Source: Sutterella sp.
Lineage (GTDB): Bacteria > Pseudomonadota > Gammaproteobacteria > Burkholderiales > Burkholderiaceae_F
NCBI GenBank assembly: GCA_020025965.1
Contig: JAHHRG010000001.1
Location: forward strand, 6,911 to 70,910
Direction of reading: 5' to 3'
DNA length: 64,000 nt
The notes below the pieces were generated by a model that was not told where the DNA came from, made no database searches, and worked only from the letters and a program-made list of their open reading frames with translations. The position numbers and the translations under genes were made by a program. Of the stretch, positions 10,313-19,493 are shown piece after piece (the stretch's first letter is position 1; the number at the start of each line of letters is the position of its first letter).

Positions 10313-10732
10313 ATGGCTACGAAGAAGCTTTTGACTGTTGACGAGCTTTTGGCTATGTCCGAAGACGACTACATGAACGAACGTCAGTTGGCGTTTTTCC
10401 GCGACCGTCTTCAGAAAATGGAAGCAGAACTGCGCGCCAATGCCGAAGAAACGACCGTGAACCTTCGTGAAACGACGATGGTTCCCGATCCCGCCGACCG
10501 TGCAACCATTGAGGAAGAGCATGCTCTCGAATTGCGTACGCGTGATCGTGAACGCAAGCTCCTCAAGAAGGTTCAGGCCGCTATTGTCCGCATCGATAAT
10601 GACGAATACGGTTATTGCGAAGAAACTGGCGATCCTATCGGCGTGTCTCGTTTGCTCGCTCGTCCGACCGCTACGCTTTCCTTGGAAGCTCAGCAGCGTC
10701 GCGAATTGAAGCAGAAGATGTACGGCGATTAA
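10313..10732 (+). CDS. dksA: RNA polymerase-binding transcription factor DksA (cysteine-depleted zinc-finger region)
   Basis: PDPADRATIEEEHALELRTRDRERKLLKK aligns with the E. coli DksA coiled-coil tip. The C-terminal region reads GYCEETGDPIGVSRLLARPTATLSLEA, with only one Cys where CxxC-N17-CxxC is expected. Confidence 0.9.
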   Translation: MATKKLLTVDELLAMSEDDYMNERQLAFFRDRLQKMEAELRANAEETTVNLRETTMVPDPADRATIEEEHALELRTRDRERKLLKKVQAAIVRIDNDEYGYCEETGDPIGVSRLLARPTATLSLEAQQRRELKQKMYGD

Positions 10733-10766
10733 TTCGAACGTCGATCTTCAAGACCGATCCATCCAA

Positions 10767-10811
10767 CTCGACAAAGCATCTTCTTCGGAAGATGTCTGTC
10801 GAGTTTTTTTT
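10767..10811 (+). terminator. Rho-independent terminator after dksA
   Basis: The stem-loop CTCGACAAAGCATCTTC-ttcg-GAAGATGTCTGTCGAG is followed by eight T. Confidence 0.8.
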
Positions 10812-10820
10812 CGTGTGAAT

Positions 10821-11504
10821 ATGACGAAATGTTGGTTTATTGACTTGGACGATTCGATTTTTGAGGCTTCGGGCGGGATGCTCCATGCCATCCATCTCAA
10901 GATGAACGAATTTATGGTTCGGGAAATGAATTTGTCTTGGGAAGAGGCGTCAGAATTGAGAACCCTTTATTGGGCCCAGTACGGTGCGACCTTTTTGGGA
11001 CTTTGGAAGCGTCATGGGATCGATCCCCAACGTTTTCTCACAGAGACGCACGACTTCGATCCAACGCCTTTCATTCATGTTGACGGCGATCCTGTCAGAG
11101 ATTTGAGAGGTTTGAACGGACGTCGCGTAGTCTTTACGAACGGTCCGAGAAACTATGCCGAGCGTGTGCTTTCATTACTCGGTATCGAAAAGGCGGTGGA
11201 CGATCTCGTTACAAGTACCGATATGCGTCTCTTTAATGACTGGCGTCCAAAGCCGAGCCGTTCGATGCTCCTTGCGCTTTGTCGTCGTAACGGTGTTTCG
11301 CCTCAGGACGCCGCTCTTATGGACGATAGTCCGATGAATTTGAAGACGGCCTATTCACTCGGGATGAAGACCGTCTGGTGTACGGGTTACCGACGACGTC
11401 ACGGCAAGCTGGATTGTCGTCGCGTCTTACCCTATGTTGACTTTGCCGTGTCGCACTTGCGTGAAGTGCGTCGTTTGCCGATCAATATACAAAAAAATGC
11501 TTAA
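10821..11504 (+). CDS. HAD-superfamily pyrimidine 5'-nucleotidase-like hydrolase
   Basis: WFIDLDDSIF carries HAD motif I. LRTLYWAQYGATFLGLWKRHGIDPQRFLTETHDF matches the pyrimidine 5'-nucleotidase subfamily pattern. The track start is GTG 10815, and ATG 10821 is an alternative. Confidence 0.7.
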   Translation: MTKCWFIDLDDSIFEASGGMLHAIHLKMNEFMVREMNLSWEEASELRTLYWAQYGATFLGLWKRHGIDPQRFLTETHDFDPTPFIHVDGDPVRDLRGLNGRRVVFTNGPRNYAERVLSLLGIEKAVDDLVTSTDMRLFNDWRPKPSRSMLLALCRRNGVSPQDAALMDDSPMNLKTAYSLGMKTVWCTGYRRRHGKLDCRRVLPYVDFAVSHLREVRRLPINIQKNA

Positions 11505-13281
11505 AAGTATCCAAACCCTCTATCGAGTCCTTGATGCGATTCGCCGACTGATTCTCAACGTCGGTTTTCTTTTGACTGTTCTGATTCTCGGTGTTTTCGT
11601 TTGGCTCGGGACGCAGACTGGTACGCTAGAAAAGGGTAGTCTTCTCAGAATTGACCTGACCGGTCAGTTGGTTGAAACTCTCCCCGAAGCAGATCGTTCC
11701 TTTTTAAAGACTATGATCGGTAATGATTTTCGAGGAGAGACGCGTTTGAGTGACGTGACGGAAGCCTTGCGGATTGCCGCAAGTGATCCCTTGATTGCGG
11801 GTGTGGTCTTGAACATCCAAGATCTGACGGGTGCTGGGATGGCCGGTATTCGCGAAGTAGGGCAGGCAATTGACCGCTATCGCGAAATGTCTGGAAAAAA
11901 AGTCTGGGTGTGGAGTTCCTCTTACACACAGGCTCAGTACTTGATTGGCTTGCATGCTGACCATCTTGCCGTTCATCCGATGGGGATGGTGGAATTGAAG
12001 GGATTAAGCAGTACTTCGCTTTATTTTGGCGGTTTTTTCGATTTCTTCGGTATTGAACCTGAGGTTCGCAAGGCTGGTGCCTTCAAAAGCGCGCCCGAAA
12101 TCTTCATTGCCGAGGAACCTTCGGAGGCGAATCTTCTCGCTCAAAAGAGCTATATGGACGAAGCTTGGCGAGGACTTTCGGGCGATATTGAAAAGCGCCG
12201 TGGTCTTAAAGACGGAAGCGTATCTTCTTATTTGGACGGCTTTGCCGATCTTCTCGACAATCAGTCTTCACTCACGGAAGTACTTTGTGAGCGCGGCTAT
12301 GTTGATGCTGTAGAGACTTGGGAAGTATTCGAAGATAAGTTAGCGAATACTTACACTGATAGCGGAAAATCGCAAGACATTTATGCTATCAACTATCTAG
12401 ACTACCTGAATTTCTATCCGCGTCCCTCTTTAACTGAACCCGGTGTTGGTGTGATCGTGCTTGAGGGCGAAATCACGCAAATGCCCGATGCGGGCGGAAT
12501 TACGCCCGATCGAGTCGCGATGCTTCTTTCCGATGCGGCAGCCGATCCCAATGTGAAGGCACTCCTTCTTAGAATCAATTCGCCGGGGGGCGATGCCGTA
12601 GCATCCGAGATGATTCGGTCTTCTCTTGAAGCCTTTAAAACCGAGAAAAAAGTGCCGGTTGTTGTTTCTATGGGCGATGCGGCCGCTTCGGGCGGTTATT
12701 GGATTTCCACGGTTGGCGACAAAATCGTCGCTGACCCGTATTCCATTACGGGTTCCATCGGCGTTTTTGCCATGACATTCCATGCGGAAACTTTGCGAGA
12801 GCGACTCGATATCGGCCGTGGCGGTTATAGTACCTCGCCTTTGGCTGATGTGGGGCGCCCCTTCTCTGGCCCTTCAGCACTTGAAAATCGTTGGATCGAT
12901 CATGAGGTCAATCGTACGTACTATGCTTTCAAGAAGCTTGTCGGTGACTCTCGCAACATGAGCCCTGAAGCGGTTGAAGCCGTTGCTCAGGGACGTGTCT
13001 GGATGGGTACACAGGCTCTCGAAAACGGTTTGGTCGACAGAGTAGGTGGATATGATGAAGCCATGAAGCTCGCAATCGAACTTGCTTCGCTCTCGGCTGA
13101 TGCTCGCTCCGTTCGCTTCGAACCAGTACCCGAAGGTATGCGAGCGGTTCTGATGTCGCTTTTGCAGGCATCGGTTGGGAAAGATCTTGCTGTTTGGGTC
13201 AAATCCAGAGCCGAATGGGATGCATTCGTTGCTCTGTCGGGTAAACCGCTTGTCAGATTACCCGTCGAGCCGACACTCTGA
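11497..13281 (+). CDS. sppA: Signal peptide peptidase SppA, 67K type (protease IV)
   Basis: It has one N-terminal TM segment and two ClpP-like halves. The motif MGDAAASGGYWIS is present. ATG 11497 is preferred and overlaps the preceding stop by 8 nt. Confidence 0.9.
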   Translation: MLKSIQTLYRVLDAIRRLILNVGFLLTVLILGVFVWLGTQTGTLEKGSLLRIDLTGQLVETLPEADRSFLKTMIGNDFRGETRLSDVTEALRIAASDPLIAGVVLNIQDLTGAGMAGIREVGQAIDRYREMSGKKVWVWSSSYTQAQYLIGLHADHLAVHPMGMVELKGLSSTSLYFGGFFDFFGIEPEVRKAGAFKSAPEIFIAEEPSEANLLAQKSYMDEAWRGLSGDIEKRRGLKDGSVSSYLDGFADLLDNQSSLTEVLCERGYVDAVETWEVFEDKLANTYTDSGKSQDIYAINYLDYLNFYPRPSLTEPGVGVIVLEGEITQMPDAGGITPDRVAMLLSDAAADPNVKALLLRINSPGGDAVASEMIRSSLEAFKTEKKVPVVVSMGDAAASGGYWISTVGDKIVADPYSITGSIGVFAMTFHAETLRERLDIGRGGYSTSPLADVGRPFSGPSALENRWIDHEVNRTYYAFKKLVGDSRNMSPEAVEAVAQGRVWMGTQALENGLVDRVGGYDEAMKLAIELASLSADARSVRFEPVPEGMRAVLMSLLQASVGKDLAVWVKSRAEWDAFVALSGKPLVRLPVEPTL

Positions 13282-13337
13282 GTCAGATTGCGCTAAAGTT
13301 ATTCATCCTCCTAACTTCAAAATAACAAAAGCAAACT

Positions 13338-13946
13338 ATGTCAGAAACTGTAGAAGTCAATCGTAAGAAGCGATATCCGCGCAACGAACGCCGAAAGCAG
13401 ATCCTTCAGGCGCTGGTTCAGATGTTGGAGGAGAATAATGGTGAGAAACTTTCTACGGCGCGACTTGCTACCGCTGTTGGCATGAGTGAGGCTGGCCTTT
13501 ATCGCAGTTTTGCGAGTAAAGGAGATATGTTCGACGCGCTGATCGACTTTATCGAAGACTCCGTGCTTGGCCTGTTTACACAAATTCGCGCCAACGAAAC
13601 AGTCACGGAAATGGATAAGGTTCAGGCTATGGTTAAAGTGTTGCTCGACTTTGCGACGCTCAATCCTGGACTGACATCCGTCTTGACGGGTAAGGCTTTG
13701 GTTTTCGAAAATCCGGAACTGACCCGTCGTCTACGTCTTTTACTCGATCGTATGGAAGTAGCTTTGAAACAGACTTTCCGCGAAGCTGTACTGAAAGGCG
13801 AAGTGCCGGGCGACTACAACATTTCGGGCCGTGCTTCGTTGGTGATGTCTCTCGTGGTCGGCAAGTGGTTACGTTTTGTCATTTCCGACTTCAAAGAACG
13901 TCCCTCAATGCCTCCAGCAGTCGTCGGCGTGCTTCTGAAGCCCTAA
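13338..13946 (+). CDS. slmA: TetR-family nucleoid occlusion factor SlmA
   Basis: RRKQILQALVQMLEENNGEKLSTARLATAVGMSEAGLYRSFASKGDMFDALIDFIEDS and NPGLTSVLTG are collinear with E. coli SlmA. Confidence 0.8.
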   Translation: MSETVEVNRKKRYPRNERRKQILQALVQMLEENNGEKLSTARLATAVGMSEAGLYRSFASKGDMFDALIDFIEDSVLGLFTQIRANETVTEMDKVQAMVKVLLDFATLNPGLTSVLTGKALVFENPELTRRLRLLLDRMEVALKQTFREAVLKGEVPGDYNISGRASLVMSLVVGKWLRFVISDFKERPSMPPAVVGVLLKP

Positions 13947-13971
13947 TAAACGCTCGGTTTTTAGACAATGC

Positions 13972-14007
13972 AAAACGGGCTGTTCGCTAACGTGGACAGC
14001 CCGTTTT
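13972..14007. terminator. Bidirectional terminator between slmA and the S41 protease gene
   Basis: AAAACGGGCTG-(14 nt)-CAGCCCGTTTT has an 11-bp perfect stem with A/T runs on both sides. Confidence 0.7.
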
Positions 14008-14031
14008 CAATATCAATCTAGAGGAAGTTGA

Positions 14032-15513
14032 TTATTTGGAATCGCTTTGCTTTTCTTTTTTGTCGACGGTTTCTTTCTTCTTGGCTTCTTCAGCCTTCAG
14101 TTTTTTGACGACATCGCGAGCTTTACCGCGATAGGGAGATACAGCAACCGTTTCCCCCTTGAGGTACTTGACGGCTTGTTGGAGCTGCCAGTCTTTCTCA
14201 TCACCGAAGAAGAACATGTAGTCGGGCATCTCACCAGAATCGTCGTCGTAGGGTAAATCCTGGAGTGCCTTTTCTTCATCGTAATTCTCGTCTTCAGCGT
14301 TCTGAAGGTGGTGTTGTAGATCTGATTCACGGATGGTGAAGGAGGGATAGTTACCCTTGGGCGTATCGTCGACGTAGATATCGGGGATGATGCCCTTAGC
14401 TTGAATGGAACGGCCCGATGGCGTGTAGTAGCGCGCAGTCGTTAGCTTGACGGCCACGGTCTTTTCACCGAAGCTCATTGGAAGAACGGTCTGAACTGAG
14501 CCTTTGCCGAATGAACGGTCGCCCATGATGGTGGCGCGCTTATGATCTTGTAGAGCACCCGCCACAATCTCCGAAGCAGATGCGGAACCGGAATTGATCA
14601 GCACGACCATCGGAACAGTCTTCGAGCGTTCGGTGACACCTGCGAGTGCACGCACGGCGTTCCCCGAACGGTAATCGGCCTCAATAGACTTGAAGACATA
14701 AGCGGATTCAGCGGTACGACCTTTGGTGGAGACGACATCGGTGTTGCTCGGTAGGAAGGCGGCGGATACACCGATGGCAGCTTGCAGAAGGCCGCCTGGA
14801 TCGTTTCGAAGGTCAAGGACGAGTCCTTTTAGAGAATCCGACTTTTCGAATTCGTTGATGGCCTTCACTAGATCTTCGGTCGTGCGTTCCTGAAACTGAG
14901 AAATGCGTATATAGCCAAGGCCTTCGGAAAGCGACTTTGACTTAACCGATTTCACCTTGATTTCGTCTCGGATGATGGTATAGTCAAGTGGTTTGTCGGC
15001 TCCCTTGCGGGCAACAACAAGGTCGATTTTCGTACCGGGTTCGCCGCGCATCAGTTTGACGGCGGCGTTGAGCGACATATCGGCAATCGACTTGCCGTCA
15101 ATACGCGTAATGATGTCACCCGCGCGAATACCAGCACGGGCGGCGGGCGTATCGTCAATCGGCGCAATGATGCGAACGCCAGCAGGATCTTTCGTTACTT
15201 CAAGACCTAGCCCACCGAAAGCGCCTTGAGTGCTTTCGCTCATATCCTTGAAGCCCTTAGGATCCAAGAAACTCGAATGCGGATCTAGACCGCTGACCAT
15301 GCCCTCGACGGCAGACTGCAAGAGTTTTTCGTCCGAGACTTCATCGACGTAAAAATCCTTGACGGCATTGAAAGCTTTGGTCAGTTGGCGAATCTCGGTT
15401 AACGGCAACTGAGGGGCTTCGTTCTGGGCAAAGCCCGTGATGCTGAGAGTGGAGAGGGTACCGACAATAATGCCAGTGCCGATGAGAGCTAATGAACGGA
15501 AATTTTTCATCAA
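14032..15513 (-). CDS. ctpA: Carboxy-terminal processing peptidase (S41 family, PDZ-containing)
   Basis: It has a signal peptide, the PDZ segment (AGIRAGDIITRIDG), the active-site region SGSASASEIVAGALQD and the catalytic-Lys region FGKGSVQ. Confidence 0.9.
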   Translation of the reverse strand: MMKNFRSLALIGTGIIVGTLSTLSITGFAQNEAPQLPLTEIRQLTKAFNAVKDFYVDEVSDEKLLQSAVEGMVSGLDPHSSFLDPKGFKDMSESTQGAFGGLGLEVTKDPAGVRIIAPIDDTPAARAGIRAGDIITRIDGKSIADMSLNAAVKLMRGEPGTKIDLVVARKGADKPLDYTIIRDEIKVKSVKSKSLSEGLGYIRISQFQERTTEDLVKAINEFEKSDSLKGLVLDLRNDPGGLLQAAIGVSAAFLPSNTDVVSTKGRTAESAYVFKSIEADYRSGNAVRALAGVTERSKTVPMVVLINSGSASASEIVAGALQDHKRATIMGDRSFGKGSVQTVLPMSFGEKTVAVKLTTARYYTPSGRSIQAKGIIPDIYVDDTPKGNYPSFTIRESDLQHHLQNAEDENYDEEKALQDLPYDDDSGEMPDYMFFFGDEKDWQLQQAVKYLKGETVAVSPYRGKARDVVKKLKAEEAKKKETVDKKEKQSDSK

Positions 15514-15564
15514 GTGCCCAATAGGTTGCTTGGTTGGAATGATACGGAAGACCGATTGTCACGC

Positions 15565-16818
15565 TTAACGTTTGAGCCAATTACGCGGATTGATCGGCTT
15601 GCTTCGATATCGAAGCTCAAAGTATAAGCCAGGTTCATTCGCGCCCCCGGAAGAGCCGACGGAACCGATGGTTTCTCCTTGTTTGACCACATCACCGACG
15701 TTTTTGAAGATTGATTCGTTGTTGGCGTATACGGACATATAGGTATTGCCGTGATCAATAATGATCAGATTGCCGAAACCGCGAAGCCAATCGGAGAAGA
15801 CAACTTTACCCGGTGCGCAGGCCATGACGTCGGAGCCTTCTTTTGCGCGATAGCGGATACCCTGCCAGGTGGTGCCGCGCTGACCGCGAGCCTGACCGTA
15901 ACGGGCAACCACGGTTCCGTGAACGGGGACGGTGAGTTTCCCTTTGAGACTTGCAAAGCTTTTGCCGCGGTAGGGCTGTGTTTCACGACTCGAGGTATGT
16001 CCCTTGTGACGCTTTTTCGCAGATTCGGCATCCGCTAAACGCTGTTTTTCGATACGCTTGTCGATTTGTTCGATCAAGTTAGCTAAACGTCTCTGGTCTT
16101 TCTTGAGGCGTTCAATGTTGGCTTGCTGCGTTTTAATTTCGTTGTGCAGCTTCGTTAAAGCAACCTGTCGGTTGCGTTTGTCTTTAAGAAGTTCTTGACG
16201 CTCTTTCTTTTCATCATCTTCAATACGGGCAAGTTCTCGGTGCTGACGGTCGCGCTCTTCGGTTACGTTGAGAATCCGATGGTGACGTTTGGAGAGTGTG
16301 TCGATGGCTCTATCTTGTGCGCGGGCCAGATAACGTAGCTTGCCGCTGTCGGCGGCCAGAGAATTGGGATTAGTGCCGTCAATAAGGCTTTGCCATACGT
16401 TGCGACGGCTGTTTAGATATTGAGCGCGTGCAATGACAGAAACGGTCGATTCTGCGTCTTTTAGATCAACTGCCACGGCAGAGCTCGAACGGCGAAGATT
16501 CTGGATTTCGGCCTCTAGAGCCTTTCGCTTCTGATCGAGTTCACGCAAGCGGCGGTTTGCCTTTGAAATAGCCTGATCGGCTTTTTGCAATTCACGACTC
16601 GTTTCTTCGCTTTGAGCTTCTTTGGCTTGTAGTTCCGCTTCAAGAGAGCTCAGGCGCTTTCTAACGTTGGCCTGTTGGCCTTCGACCCGCTTTTTTTCCT
16701 GCGCGCTTTGTGCGACGGATGCGTAGGCATCGGGAACAACACCTCCCTGCAACATGGGAATGATGCCGAGCGAGAGGCTGAAAACAGCAGAGAGGGCGAA
16801 AATCTTGAGAGGAGACAC
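15565..16818 (-). CDS. envC: Murein hydrolase activator EnvC (coiled-coil plus degenerate M23/LytM domain)
   Basis: It has a signal peptide, a long Q/E/K/R-rich coiled coil, and a C-terminal LytM domain (GNLIIIDHGNTYMSVYANN...GSSGG). It sits upstream of the S41 protease gene, as in many proteobacteria. Confidence 0.8.
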   Translation of the reverse strand: MSPLKIFALSAVFSLSLGIIPMLQGGVVPDAYASVAQSAQEKKRVEGQQANVRKRLSSLEAELQAKEAQSEETSRELQKADQAISKANRRLRELDQKRKALEAEIQNLRRSSSAVAVDLKDAESTVSVIARAQYLNSRRNVWQSLIDGTNPNSLAADSGKLRYLARAQDRAIDTLSKRHHRILNVTEERDRQHRELARIEDDEKKERQELLKDKRNRQVALTKLHNEIKTQQANIERLKKDQRRLANLIEQIDKRIEKQRLADAESAKKRHKGHTSSRETQPYRGKSFASLKGKLTVPVHGTVVARYGQARGQRGTTWQGIRYRAKEGSDVMACAPGKVVFSDWLRGFGNLIIIDHGNTYMSVYANNESIFKNVGDVVKQGETIGSVGSSGGANEPGLYFELRYRSKPINPRNWLKR

Positions 16819-17076
16819 GGCGCAAAGGATGGTCGAAAAAGCAAAGAGAATCGTTATTAATCATAGGCTATCGGGATAAGTCCTTGCCACGATGCTCGCG
16901 GAACTCGTCTACAATTCTCCAAGTTTCGATATTTTAATGCTGATGTCGGTGCTTGTCCGAACATCAGTCGAAAGGACTCGGTGATGGTCGGCTTGATAAG
17001 CTGAACGAAGCCTGGGTGACTGTCCGATGTAGCCAGTCGCTCACTTGTGCGAAAACTTTTAATAAAGACTGAAAAA

Positions 17077-17478
17077 ATGCTCCAGTTCCTCCAACAAAAT
17101 TTGATGCTTCTTGCGGTCATCGTGATCGCTCTGATTGCTCTTCTTCTTCCGATGTTTAACGCTAAGCGCTACGCGCCGGAAGTTTCCCCGAAAAACGCCA
17201 TCGATATGATCAACAAGCGTAAAGCTCAAGTGATCGACGTTCGAAAGCCGGCTGAATTCAAGCGCGGTCATATTGCCGGTTCCGTGAACTATCCAGCCGA
17301 CCACATCCAGAATGTTCTGAAAGAGCTCGATCGTACCCGCCCCGTGATTCTCATCGACCAGACGGGCGCAGGGTCCCGTCCCGTTGCAAAACTTCTACGC
17401 GGTGTCGGGTTTGCTGAGGTTTATATTTTGGAAACTGGTTTGATCGGTTGGCTCAAAGAAAAACTTCCCCTTGAATAA
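17077..17478 (+). CDS. Membrane-anchored rhodanese-domain protein (YibN-like)
   Basis: It has an N-terminal TM helix and a rhodanese fold (VIDVRKPAEFKRGHIAGSVN). It is divergent from envC and upstream of secB, as E. coli yibN is. Confidence 0.75.
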   Translation: MLQFLQQNLMLLAVIVIALIALLLPMFNAKRYAPEVSPKNAIDMINKRKAQVIDVRKPAEFKRGHIAGSVNYPADHIQNVLKELDRTRPVILIDQTGAGSRPVAKLLRGVGFAEVYILETGLIGWLKEKLPLE

Positions 17479-17570
17479 TTGAGAATCATCCCCATATAGG
17501 AAGAAATTGCTCTTGAGAGCATTTCCACATATTTTTTACGGGTTATTCGCCCGTGCCCAAAGGAATAAAA

Positions 17571-18077
17571 ATGGCTGAAAACGAAAACGTCAACCCCCAG
17601 GAAGCTCCCGCTCAGGAAAATGAACAGTCGCAGCCGGTCTTTCAGTTGCAGCGTTGCTATCTTCGCGATGCTTCTCTCGAAATGCCGCATGCTCCCGAAA
17701 TCCTGATGCAGCCTCAGGCTGAACAGCCGCAGGTTGACATCCAGTTCGAAGTTAGCCAGCGCCCGGTCGCCGAAGGCCTCTTCGACGTGACGGTTCGTGG
17801 AACGATCACTGTGAAGTCCGCTGAAAAGACGATCATCCTCGTCGAAGGCAAGCAGTCTGGTATCTTTGCCATCACGGGGATCCCGGCCGACGCCATCCAG
17901 CACGTAACGAATGTCCTTTGCCCGTCCATGGTCTATCCGTACCTCCGTGCTAACCTCGCTGACTTGATGACTCGCGCTAACGTGCCGCCGGTTCATCTCC
18001 CGGAAGTCAATTTCGAAGTTCTTTACCAGCAACGCCTTGCTCAGCAGGCTCAACAGGCTAAGGAACAGGCCAACTAA
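17571..18077 (+). CDS. secB: Protein-export chaperone SecB
   Basis: PVFQLQRCYLRDASLEMPHAP and CPSMVYPYLRANLADL are present, with an acidic/Q-rich tail. ATG 17571 with an AAGGA RBS is preferred to GTG 17553. Confidence 0.9.
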   Translation: MAENENVNPQEAPAQENEQSQPVFQLQRCYLRDASLEMPHAPEILMQPQAEQPQVDIQFEVSQRPVAEGLFDVTVRGTITVKSAEKTIILVEGKQSGIFAITGIPADAIQHVTNVLCPSMVYPYLRANLADLMTRANVPPVHLPEVNFEVLYQQRLAQQAQQAKEQAN

Positions 18078-18094
18078 TTCGGCCTGACGCAAAA

Positions 18095-18120
18095 AGAGGC
18101 AGCTTCGGCTGCCTTTTTTG
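18095..18120 (+). terminator. Rho-independent terminator after secB
   Basis: AGGCAGC-ttcg-GCTGCCT is followed by TTTTTG. Confidence 0.8.
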
Positions 18121-18226
18121 TCACTCATCGTTTTCTCTGTTATTGTTAAATAATCCTCTGCCGAAAAGAATTCCTAATTGGAAGACGGCAGATATTGAAG
18201 AAACTTTGGTATCCATTTTCCCCGCT

Positions 18227-18955
18227 ATGAGAGCAACTGAAGAAAAACCCATCCGCATCCTTCTCATTGACGACCACACACTTTTTCGCAGTGGTATCAA
18301 GGCGCTTTTGCAGCGACAGTCCGACTTTGTCGTAGTCGGAGAAGCCAGCGACGGTTTGGAAGGTGTGAAGCTTGTCGAACAGGTTGAGGCCGATATTGTT
18401 TTGCTCGATGTGGATATGCCCAGCATGAACGGGCATGAGGCACTTGCGCAGATTCGAGCCACGCATCCCGATCTTCCTGTTCTGATGCTCACGGTGAGCG
18501 AAGACTGCGATACGCTCGGCGAATGTCTGAAGCTCGGTGCTCGAGGTTATCTCCTGAAGAATATCGACCAGGACTTCCTCCTTCGCTCAATCCGCTCAGC
18601 GAGGAACGGAATTAACGTGTTATCGCCGCAGATGATGGCCAAGTATGTCCATACCAAGATGGAAGAGTCCGATATTGATGCCATGTGTTTGCCGAAAACG
18701 GGTGGCAAGCTTGCGAAGCAGCGTGTAGAACCTCGGGACTCGATTTCCGAATCACCGTTGACGCGTCGCGAGCTTCAGACGCTCGCTTGGTTAGCCAAGG
18801 GTTATACGAATAAGGGGATTGCCCGAGAACTCGATCTTTCCGAAAGTACCGTCAAGGTTCACGTTCAGAGTATCCTCCGTAAGCTCGAGCTCAAGAGCCG
18901 TGTTCAGGCAGCCATTTATGCAGTCGAGAACCATATAGACAAGGACTACGCCTGA
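18227..18955 (+). CDS. NarL/FixJ-family response regulator (receiver plus LuxR-type HTH), no adjacent kinase
   Basis: The receiver reads IRILLIDDH...LLDVDMP...LMLTV...GARGYLLK. The HTH reads LTRRELQTLAWLAKGYTNKGIARELDLSESTVKVHVQSILRKL. ATG 18227 is preferred. Confidence 0.85.
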   Translation: MRATEEKPIRILLIDDHTLFRSGIKALLQRQSDFVVVGEASDGLEGVKLVEQVEADIVLLDVDMPSMNGHEALAQIRATHPDLPVLMLTVSEDCDTLGECLKLGARGYLLKNIDQDFLLRSIRSARNGINVLSPQMMAKYVHTKMEESDIDAMCLPKTGGKLAKQRVEPRDSISESPLTRRELQTLAWLAKGYTNKGIARELDLSESTVKVHVQSILRKLELKSRVQAAIYAVENHIDKDYA

Positions 18956-18968
18956 TCCTAGAGATAGG

Positions 18969-19013
18969 CAGACTAAAAAAATCCCGATATTCAAATCGGG
19001 ATTTTTTAGTCTG
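18969..19013. terminator. Bidirectional terminator between the response regulator gene and trmL
   Basis: CAGACTAAAAAAATCCCGAT-attcaa-ATCGGGATTTTTTAGTCTG is a near-perfect stem of about 19 bp. Confidence 0.85.
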
Positions 19014-19017
19014 CGGA

Positions 19018-19488
19018 TTAGCTTCCGCCTGCGTAATCGTTCTGACGCCAGGCTTCAAAGACTGTGACGGCTACCGTGTTACTTAAATTGAGGCTTCGGT
19101 TGTTGGGACGCATCGGAAGACGGATACGCTGATCTTCTGGAAATTCATCGCGGACTGTCTGTGGAAGGCCCGAGCCTTCGGCACCAAAAACGAACCAGTC
19201 ACCAGGTTTGAAGATGCTGTTGGCAAACGGATGAGACCCTTTCGTGGTCATAGCGAACATGCGTTTGCGGTCGGGATTTTCGTCTTTCAGAAAGTCTTCA
19301 AATGATTCATGAATGCGGATCGTGGCGTATTCGTGATAGTCGAGACCAGCACGCTTCATGTGTTTGTAATCCAAGGAGAAACCCAAGGGCTTGACAAGGT
19401 GGAGTTCGCAACCTGTGTTAGCGCAAAGGCGAATAATATTGCCAGTATTGGGCGGAATTTCGGGATGGACCAGGACGATATGAAACAT
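19018..19488 (-). CDS. trmL: tRNA (cytidine/uridine-2'-O)-methyltransferase TrmL (SpoU/TrmH family)
   Basis: The N-terminus is [26 protein letters not shown] and the C-terminal knot region is [10 protein letters not shown]. The protein is 156 aa. Confidence 0.9.
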   Translation of the reverse strand: MFHIVLVHPEIPPNTGNIIRLCANTGCELHLVKPLGFSLDYKHMKRAGLDYHEYATIRIHESFEDFLKDENPDRKRMFAMTTKGSHPFANSIFKPGDWFVFGAEGSGLPQTVRDEFPEDQRIRLPMRPNNRSLNLSNTVAVTVFEAWRQNDYAGGS

Positions 19489-19493
19489 GGTGA

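Noticed and set aside
16857-17120. 87-aa minus-strand ORF in the 258-bp envC/rhodanese divergent region
   Set aside because: It overlaps the rhodanese gene start and has no RBS or recognisable fold. The region is better explained as two divergent promoters. I also saw no convincing structured RNA there.
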